The position numbers and the translations under genes were made by a program. Of a stretch of 40,952 nt of DNA, positions 10,285 through 17,546 are shown piece after piece (positions within the stretch are counted from its first letter, which is position 1; every line of letters starts with the position of its first letter). This stretch comes from a virus. Lineage: Duplodnaviria > Caudoviricetes. The stretch is taken from the IMG/VR virus record IMGVR_UViG_3300035141_000004, positions 1 to 40,952 of that record; one strand, 5' to 3'. The notes under the pieces were generated by a model. That model was given only the letters and a program-made list of their open reading frames with translations. It ran no database searches and was not told the origin of the DNA.

Positions 10285-10685
10285 TGTCCATCGGAGCGAT
10301 ATGGGGCGAGATATGGGAGGCATCTATATGGGATGCGTCCATATGGGAGCAGTCCGGATCATATCCAGATCTGCCCATCGACAATAACAGCGCTCGCTCT
10401 CCTGTCTCTATGACGCGCACAGACATCATGGAGAATGGAACCATACGCCAGCGTGATTTTACGGCTGTTGTGATTTATGAGTTTGATGTGCTTCATTCTT
10501 ATGTGACGCAGTCAGAGGCCGAATCTGTTGTGAGTAACTGGGATGCAAACCGCATCACTGCACAAGATTTCGCCTGGATCGATGGTGTTACATACTCTGT
10601 GCGGTATATGTCACCACCGGTAATGACGCACATGGTCGGCGCATACTGGTCGGTCACCACTAAGCTCATAGGATCTGCATCATGA
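10284..10685 (+). CDS. Putative distal tail protein (lambda gpM/Dit-like) with Trp-repeat N-terminal extension
   Basis: YPDLP..MENG.IR.R...F.W.DG.TY.VRY..PP...W.V...L pattern; N-terminal IWGEIWEASIWDASIW. Confidence 0.55.
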   Translation: MSIGAIWGEIWEASIWDASIWEQSGSYPDLPIDNNSARSPVSMTRTDIMENGTIRQRDFTAVVIYEFDVLHSYVTQSEAESVVSNWDANRITAQDFAWIDGVTYSVRYMSPPVMTHMVGAYWSVTTKLIGSAS

Positions 10686-11017
10686 TCAGGCGCAGGCTAA
10701 GAGATGTGGTAACCATACAGGAGTACACCAGCTCAAGGTCTGCAAGTGGTCAGCACGTCAAGACTTGGTCTGATGTGGATACTGTGCGTGCGCGCATCCA
10801 GTCTGTTAGCGGTCGCGAGTGGTTTGAGTATGTCGACACGAAAAGCGGTGGTAAACGAGAGTCGCTCGTATCTGTAAAGGTTATCATGCGCTATCGAGAT
10901 GATATCAAGCCAAAGATGAGACTGGTTAGCAATAGCGTTACTTATGATATCATCGCTGTCTTGGGCGGAGACGATCCGCGCCAGCCTTTGCAGCTCATGT
11001 GCGAGAGAGCCGAATAG
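10682..11017 (+). CDS. Head closure/stopper protein (SPP1 gp16/HK97 gp7-like)
   Basis: RLRD.VTIQ, W.DV.TVRA.I..VSGRE, RYR.DI...MRL...YDI.AV. Confidence 0.92.
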   Translation: MIRRRLRDVVTIQEYTSSRSASGQHVKTWSDVDTVRARIQSVSGREWFEYVDTKSGGKRESLVSVKVIMRYRDDIKPKMRLVSNSVTYDIIAVLGGDDPRQPLQLMCERAE

Positions 11018-11541
11018 TGTACGAGCTTGAGATAAAGCCTCCGATGGAGGATATGGTCAAGCGCCTTGAGCGATTCTCTGGCGATCTCAAAACGCGTGGC
11101 ATGAGGACGGCTCTGGTTGGGTATATCGGCCCACTCAAAAAGGCGATTAAGTCACGGATCGATTCCAGGACTGGCGCACTCAAAAAATCAATTGGTCATC
11201 GTAGTTTTTCCAAGCGCGAGAAGGCTGCGATTGGTTTTGGTCCTGACAAGCTGGTAATGGCGATTGGATCGACGCGTAAGGTGTTCGACAAAAATACCTT
11301 TAAAAATCAAATGCATAATCACAAGCTGCATTGGCTTGATGAGGGCGTTGATGAGCATGAGATCAAGCCCAAAAAGCCTGGTGGCAGGCTCAAGATTGGT
11401 CGATCAGTATTTGCCAGGCACGCCACGCATCGCGGGTTTGCGCCGCGTAGAATTCTGGATAAATCTTTGAGGTCATCACGCGCGCAATCCATAGCTTCAT
11501 TTGATAGGGCAATCGAGAGGTTCATCAATAAACACGCATGA
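11017..11541 (+). CDS. HK97 gp10-like neck/tail-completion protein
   Basis: Basic; RTGALKKSI, HWLDEG..H.IKPK; position after head closure; GTG 11017 overlaps upstream stop (alternative start 10999). Confidence 0.8.
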   Translation: MYELEIKPPMEDMVKRLERFSGDLKTRGMRTALVGYIGPLKKAIKSRIDSRTGALKKSIGHRSFSKREKAAIGFGPDKLVMAIGSTRKVFDKNTFKNQMHNHKLHWLDEGVDEHEIKPKKPGGRLKIGRSVFARHATHRGFAPRRILDKSLRSSRAQSIASFDRAIERFINKHA

Positions 11542-12284
11542 ATATTACTCCGTATGTCAATAAGATAAACGCAGATGCTGCAGTAATCGCTCAAGCGGTG
11601 GCCGCAACTCGCGGCATCACACAGACGGGTGTCAGTACAGCGGCAGAGCTGGTTGATACTTTGTCAACTGTGCTTGGCGATAGGATTTATAATCTTGAGA
11701 TGCCGCAAGATGTCACATATCCAGCGGCCGTTTTTTGGCAGGACGGAAGCGCGCCAGTATTGGTTGATGGCTATCACACCATGCAGATCGATACCTAGAT
11801 ACTGAGCGTCGTCGCAGAAACCATTGATGGCGCTGGCGGTTTGGTCGAGTCTGTTGATGCAGTACGTGACGCGCTCGAAGCTTCTGACTGGTCAATGGAG
11901 GTCGTCGACCTTGGAACTTCTTACGACGATGAGACTCTAACCTATGCTACCACAATGGAAGTTGAGGTGTCAATACCAGTTTTGACGACACAGACGCTTC
12001 CGGCTGCGATAGTCTACCCTATGGATGTGTCTGCCGACGAGTCACGATATGCGAACCTTACAAAGCAGAGGGTTACTCAGAGCATAGGTATCACCCTTAT
12101 CACGGATAGCACAGAGTCAATATCGGATGTAAGGGATGATCTATTTGCTGCACTGCTTGGGTATCAAGTGACCGAGGCATATTCACCGGTAGAGTATCGC
12201 GGTGGTAGTTCCGTTGAGGGCGGCGGCAAGTTGACAGTGTGGCGCGAAATCTTTTTTGACGCTTACTATATTTCAGAAAGTTGA
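11538..12284 (+). CDS. Tail terminator protein interrupted by one in-frame TAG (11796-11798)
   Basis: ORFs 11538-11798 and 11841-12284 are in the same frame with an open linker; terminator motifs on both sides; position before major tail gene. Confidence 0.75.
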
Positions 12285-12293
12285 GGAATTACA

Positions 12294-13238
12294 ATGGCTT
12301 TATATACACGCAAGACCATTATCGTTGCCGCCGTCGAGTCTACGTATGGCGTAGATGCAACGCCAACCGGATCAGATGCTATCTTGGTATCTGAGCCAAC
12401 CATCACTCCGCTTGCCGGCAACACGGTGGAGCGAAATAACGCACGTCCATATTTGGGCGGCTTTCAGCAAATCCATGTTGGCACTCACGTCATGATGCAG
12501 TTCAGTGTTGAACTCGCCGGCAATCCGACAGAGGATACCGCTCCTAAGTGGGGTAATCTGCTTGAGGGATGCGCTTTTGTCGAGACCATTAATACCGGCA
12601 CGGACATTGACTATGATCCTACGAGCGCCGCAGCAAGCATGGAGTCTCTTACTTTTTATTTTTTCCGCGATGGGCAGAAGCACGCCATGACTGGTGCGCG
12701 CGGCACTTTTACGCTTAACTACCCGAAAAACGACTTGCCGCGTTTTACTTTCAGCTTTACTGGGATCTGGGTTGATCCGGCGTCTGTAGCTGATCCTACC
12801 CCGGATTTTAGCGGGTGGCAGACACCTATTGAGGTATCAAACGCAAATACGCCGACTGTTAGCCTGCATGGTCAAGACATCATTCTGGAATCTTTGAATA
12901 TTGACTGCGGCAACACGGTTGTACATCATGACCGGCCCAACGAAGAGGCTGTCAAAATAACTGATCGCGCCATGACAGGCTCTATTGTCTTTCAAGCGCC
13001 AACATTAACTACGTACAATTATTTCACGACAGTAAAGGCCAACACGCTTGGTGCGCTATCAATCCAGCACGGAACAGCAGACGGCAACAAGGTGACGGCT
13101 GGTGGTCCACAGGTACAGATCTTGCAGCCAACGTATTCTGATGTTGATGGCGAAACCATGATAAGCGCCAACCTGTCAATCATTCCGACATCGAGCGGAG
13201 ATGATGATTTTCAGATTACATCTGAAAACGTAACCTAA
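12294..13238 (+). CDS. Major tail (tube) protein
   Basis: E.TYG.DA.P..DA.L, GARGTF.L, F.F.FTG motifs; precedes chaperones and tape measure. Confidence 0.9.
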   Translation: MALYTRKTIIVAAVESTYGVDATPTGSDAILVSEPTITPLAGNTVERNNARPYLGGFQQIHVGTHVMMQFSVELAGNPTEDTAPKWGNLLEGCAFVETINTGTDIDYDPTSAAASMESLTFYFFRDGQKHAMTGARGTFTLNYPKNDLPRFTFSFTGIWVDPASVADPTPDFSGWQTPIEVSNANTPTVSLHGQDIILESLNIDCGNTVVHHDRPNEEAVKITDRAMTGSIVFQAPTLTTYNYFTTVKANTLGALSIQHGTADGNKVTAGGPQVQILQPTYSDVDGETMISANLSIIPTSSGDDDFQITSENVT

Positions 13239-13254
13239 TCAGTGTGTTAACGCA

Positions 13255-13311
13255 ACGGTCTAAAACGGTTTGGGTGCGCTGTCTGGTGTTGACCGTGCCG
13301 GGCAGCGCGCC
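13255..13311 (+). promoter_or_regulatory. Structured RNA element (15-bp hairpin, possible pseudoknot) in tail-chaperone leader
   Basis: 13273-13287 pairs with 13297-13311 using 4 G-U pairs; loop GACCGT is complementary to ACGGTC at 13255-13260. Confidence 0.55.
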
Positions 13312-13329
13312 ATTTAAGAGGGTGGCACG

Positions 13330-13683
13330 ATGAAGCTATTGAAGGGCATGAAGGACGAGATTTCGGTTCAGGTTGAGGCTAAGCTTGACGACAACTACGG
13401 CAAAAAGGAAACTGTAAAAATAAACCTGACATTCAAAAAAATCAACAATGTCAACACGTTAAAGGATATCGTTGAGTCCGTGCATGGAGAGGAATTTGAC
13501 GAGGTGGACGCGCTGGTTAAATACTTGGTCAAGTGGGACCTGGAGTATGATGACGGAACGCCAGTGCCGATGGACCCTGATACAATCGCGGCCGTGTATG
13601 AGATCGGCCCATACAGATCTGCGCTGAGTGTTGGTTTTCTGCGAGCCCAATACGGATATGCAGAGGAACAGAAAAAAAACTGA
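13330..13683 (+). CDS. Tail assembly chaperone (gpG-like)
   Basis: Position between tube and TMP; ends EEQKKN on a slippery sequence. Confidence 0.85.
   Translation: MKLLKGMKDEISVQVEAKLDDNYGKKETVKINLTFKKINNVNTLKDIVESVHGEEFDEVDALVKYLVKWDLEYDDGTPVPMDPDTIAAVYEIGPYRSALSVGFLRAQYGYAEEQKKN
13671..13680 (+). promoter_or_regulatory. Programmed -1 ribosomal frameshift site
   Basis: GAAAAAAAAC (A-AAA-AAC) just before TGA; the -1 frame is open through 14054. Confidence 0.85.
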
Positions 13684-14054
13684 TAGCCCTCGGTGAGTAT
13701 CTTGCAGGGAAGCGAGCACCCACCGAGGAGGACCACAGCACACTGATAGAGGCCATGAAGGCATTCGGCGCAACCGGCGATCAGATAACCGCAGCGATAG
13801 AGAGGGAGAAGAGACTGGCGCCTGATGATGATTTTGTGGTGGACCATGACAACTGGGATGCATATGAGATCTTTGCAAGGATGTGGACGCAGTGGAAGCG
13901 CAATGATTGGAATGGGCGCCTGATAGGCATTGATTACACGTCGATGATAAGCGCAATCAGTCTTTTTCATCCTGACAATGCCGGGGAAATTTTTGACCAA
14001 GTCAGATTGATCGAACACGGGTACTTGAGCGAGGCGAACAAACAGCATGGCTAG
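13680..14054 (+). CDS. Tail assembly chaperone frameshift extension (gpT-like, DUF1799-like)
   Basis: -1 frame open from 13680; V..DNW.A..F..M.TQW..G.DY...IE..YL motif. Confidence 0.85.
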   Translation: MIALGEYLAGKRAPTEEDHSTLIEAMKAFGATGDQITAAIEREKRLAPDDDFVVDHDNWDAYEIFARMWTQWKRNDWNGRLIGIDYTSMISAISLFHPDNAGEIFDQVRLIEHGYLSEANKQHG

Positions 14055-17043
14055 AAAATACACGGCGACAGTTGTACTTGATGGCGACTCTAGCGGTGCC
14101 GTCAAAACGCTCAAGCTCACTCAGGGTCAGCTCGATAAGCTTGGCAAGGCAACTCAGCGCACAAACAAGCACGCCGGCGGCCTGACAAAAACTTTTGGCT
14201 CAATGAAAACCCAGTTGCTGGCTATGGCGCCGGCCATTGGCGCGGCTGGTATCGTCGCAATAGGTAAGCAGGCGCTGGATACAGCAAAGAGCATCAAGCT
14301 CATGGCCGATACAACCGGCGTGAGTGTTGAGGCTATGTCTGCTCTTCGTCCGATGGCTAAGGCAATCAATCTTGATTTGCAGGATTTGTCTGATGCGCTG
14401 CGCGATCAGGCTGAGCGTATTGCTGAGGCCGCGGTACTTGGGTCTGGCGAGGCCGTTGAGGCACTTGACTCACTTGGACTATCTGCCGAGCGCCTCAACG
14501 AGATGGCCCCAGACAAGCAGCTTGAGGTGCTAGCTGATGCGTTTGCCGGTCTAGCAAAGCAAGGTGACCGCATCCGCGTAGCTGCACAGCTTGGAGGTGA
14601 TGCCTATACTAAACTGCTGCCGATATTGCAGCAGGGAGGCGACGCGGTTAGGGATTATATGCAGCGGGCTGAAGATCTTAATCTTGTGCTTTCTGAAGAT
14701 CAGGTTGATGCCGCTGCAAAGGCCGCAGCAGAGCTTGGCAAGATGTCCATGTCAGCATCGGCGCTGGCAGAGTCTCTTACGATGGAGCTAGCACCGGCGC
14801 TTGCCGACAGTCTGGGCTGGATCAATAAGCTCATCCAAGCAGATGACCCATTTGAAAAGTTCCATCGTGATCTTGGTACTTTGATTGATGAGATGACAGG
14901 TCTTGCCGAGGAACGAGACAAGGCGTTCTTTACGCCGTCTAAAGCTGATACTATCAGCGATCAGATAACCGAATTAACTAATAGTGTATTTGCTTATCAG
15001 CAAGCAATCGCTGATCTTGATGTGCAAACAGATGATGGCATGCGCGCCTATAAAGCGTATGCTATGCAGATTGCTGCGATTGAAAAGCAAATAGAGACCT
15101 TGCGTGGAGATATCAAGGGGTATACATCAGACATCGATGAGAATGTCGAGTCATCTGAGAAAGCTCTCAGGCATCTTGGCAAGGAGGGAGCGGCACGCGA
15201 AAAGCTTGCGCGCCAAGAAAAGGAAGAGGAAAAGGCACGAGAGAAGCGAGACAGAGAAAGAAAGAAGCGCGACAAGGAAAAGGAAGAGCAGCTTAAGCGT
15301 GAAGCTGACGCCTGGCAGTCATTGGTCCATAGCATCGACGAAAACGCGCGTGCCACTGACGATTTCATGCGTCAATACGACGCGCTCCTGGTCGGTCTGG
15401 ATGAGGGAAGAATCACGCTTGACAGGTATATCGAGCTTACTGATATGCTCGCCACCGGTCAAGAGGATCTAGCAGACAAGACAGAGGAGTCAGCCAACCG
15501 CTTTACCGATGTGCTGGACGACGCTTTCAGCCGGGTCTGGCGCGATGGACTCGATGGCCTTGATGACTTTGGTGATAGCCTTGTTTCCGGCATGAAGGAC
15601 ATAGCGGCACGGACCGCTCATGAGCTTATCACAAAGCCGATGGTGCTCAACATCCAGGCCGCAGTGTCTGGTGGTGGTGGCGCGCAAGGTGGCGGCGGAA
15701 TAGGCCAGCTTTTTGGTGGGCAGCAAATTGGCGCTGGCATATCTAATGTCGGATCAGCGCTTGGCACTGATCTTTTTGCTGGTGCAGCCGGCGTGCCAAA
15801 CTGGCAATATGGCATTGCCGGAATTGGCGGCGGCCTTGCTGGCGGAGCGATTGGCGGCGAGACTGGATCTGCACTCGGCAGCCTTGGCTCAACCGTCGGC
15901 ATGGCGCTCGGTGGCCCTTGGGGCGCAGCGATTGGCGCTATCGCTGGCGGTGCTCTTGGCAAGGTTTTTAGCGGCGACGACACGGCATACGCGACATGGC
16001 AAACACGTCGCGACCGCGCAGGATTTGAAGATGACGTTGCAGTCCAGTCGGCCTTTGGATACCTCGGCATGGCGGACGTCGGTTCGAAAAACATCAAGGC
16101 CGAGGATTACAGAGCCTCGCTTGAGGCGGTTGCAGCCATTGATAATCTCGTCGCTGAGACATTTGGACCGGATACCGCAGCCGCTATAGCTGATAGACTT
16201 GACGGATGGACAGAGCAAGACCGTAAGGCAGATGACTTTGCAGAGCGCATGGGCAGGCGGTTCCGGATCATCCTTGACGAGGTCGGCGACGGCTTTGCAG
16301 ACATCGTCGATGTTGGTGGTGACCTCGAGGACATGGCAACTCGATTGGTAGCCGCATCAGGCATCAGGACTTTTGCCGAGTCTGATATGCTGACAGAGTA
16401 TGCTGACCGATTGGCGATGGCATCCGTCACTATGCACGATGCAATGCTGGCGTCTGTTGATGGTATGTATGATCTGATCGATGGATATGATGGCAGCACT
16501 GCCGCAATGCAGACACTATCTGCTGCCACACAGCAGCGCTACGCTCTTGAGATGCAGTACCTTGAGCAGATATCCAATGTCCAGCAGTCATTGACAACCA
16601 TGCTTGAGGGCAGCATCGAGTCAATACAGCTATCCGTCATGGACACTGCAGAGCGCTATGACTATTACACAGACAGAGCAGAGTCTCTTGCCGATGCGCT
16701 TGAGACAATGACAGATCCAACTCGGATACAAGAGACGGCACAGCAGATCGACCAACTCACAAGCAGGGCTTATGGACTGCTAGATGCTGAGCAACAGCAG
16801 CAGGTCAGCAACGAATTCGTCGACTTCCTGGGCGGCGTGCTCGAGACATCACAGGCAAAGCTAAAGGCTGCGGAACAAGAGGCGGTTAACACTGGTCAAA
16901 TATTGAGGGACGCGCTGCTTGATGCAATAACCTCTGGCGGCACAAGATTCGGCGCGCAAATGCAGGCAGCCGCTGGTGTCCTCAACGGTGCGGCCACCAG
17001 GGTTGCCGGAGCCATATCTAACCTCAGCAGTGAGATAGGATGA
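14047..17043 (+). CDS. Tape measure protein
   Basis: 998 aa Ala-rich helical protein with Gly-rich hydrophobic GGPWGAAIGAIAGG segment; position after chaperones. Confidence 0.93.
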   Translation: MARKYTATVVLDGDSSGAVKTLKLTQGQLDKLGKATQRTNKHAGGLTKTFGSMKTQLLAMAPAIGAAGIVAIGKQALDTAKSIKLMADTTGVSVEAMSALRPMAKAINLDLQDLSDALRDQAERIAEAAVLGSGEAVEALDSLGLSAERLNEMAPDKQLEVLADAFAGLAKQGDRIRVAAQLGGDAYTKLLPILQQGGDAVRDYMQRAEDLNLVLSEDQVDAAAKAAAELGKMSMSASALAESLTMELAPALADSLGWINKLIQADDPFEKFHRDLGTLIDEMTGLAEERDKAFFTPSKADTISDQITELTNSVFAYQQAIADLDVQTDDGMRAYKAYAMQIAAIEKQIETLRGDIKGYTSDIDENVESSEKALRHLGKEGAAREKLARQEKEEEKAREKRDRERKKRDKEKEEQLKREADAWQSLVHSIDENARATDDFMRQYDALLVGLDEGRITLDRYIELTDMLATGQEDLADKTEESANRFTDVLDDAFSRVWRDGLDGLDDFGDSLVSGMKDIAARTAHELITKPMVLNIQAAVSGGGGAQGGGGIGQLFGGQQIGAGISNVGSALGTDLFAGAAGVPNWQYGIAGIGGGLAGGAIGGETGSALGSLGSTVGMALGGPWGAAIGAIAGGALGKVFSGDDTAYATWQTRRDRAGFEDDVAVQSAFGYLGMADVGSKNIKAEDYRASLEAVAAIDNLVAETFGPDTAAAIADRLDGWTEQDRKADDFAERMGRRFRIILDEVGDGFADIVDVGGDLEDMATRLVAASGIRTFAESDMLTEYADRLAMASVTMHDAMLASVDGMYDLIDGYDGSTAAMQTLSAATQQRYALEMQYLEQISNVQQSLTTMLEGSIESIQLSVMDTAERYDYYTDRAESLADALETMTDPTRIQETAQQIDQLTSRAYGLLDAEQQQQVSNEFVDFLGGVLETSQAKLKAAEQEAVNTGQILRDALLDAITSGGTRFGAQMQAAAGVLNGAATRVAGAISNLSSEIG

Positions 17044-17546
17044 GATCATTAACAACCAAAGTCACAAGCGCGGTAGAGTCAACCGGCACAGTGCCGCGCT
17101 ATCTTGTACGGCTAGGATACGATCCTGTGCTGAGGTGGTCTACAGTGGAGACGCTCACATGTGATGGTGTGTCATGGGATGGTTCCGCTGGCGTATCTGT
17201 CTCGTCAATCTCTAGCGCTTCTGCATCTGTCGTAATACCAAACCACGATAACAGCATGGGAGCTGTGGTGCTGGGTGATGGCATCAGGGACATAACAGCA
17301 GATATCTATCAGCTGTATGGAGCAGCGCCACATGCGGCAGGTGATGCCGTGCACCTCTTTAGCGGGGTAATTGATAGCGTGCCGTCAATAGATGATTTTG
17401 TCACGCTGTCGCTCAGGTCTACTGGGTCTGCTGTCGCGCACACACCGAGAGTGCGGCTGTCTCTGTTTGTTGGTGATGATATGCCAACGCCAGGGACGCG
17501 CATCCAGTGGAATGGCGACGTGTTGATTTTGGAGTCGTCTACATGA
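17040..17546 (+). CDS. Minor tail/baseplate hub protein (gpL-like position)
   Basis: ATGA-coupled to TMP; beta-rich; LFSGVID motif. Confidence 0.65.
   Translation: MRSLTTKVTSAVESTGTVPRYLVRLGYDPVLRWSTVETLTCDGVSWDGSAGVSVSSISSASASVVIPNHDNSMGAVVLGDGIRDITADIYQLYGAAPHAAGDAVHLFSGVIDSVPSIDDFVTLSLRSTGSAVAHTPRVRLSLFVGDDMPTPGTRIQWNGDVLILESST

Noticed and set aside
15180-15300. Purine-rich low-complexity tract
   Set aside because: Encodes the E/K/R-rich helix of the tape measure protein
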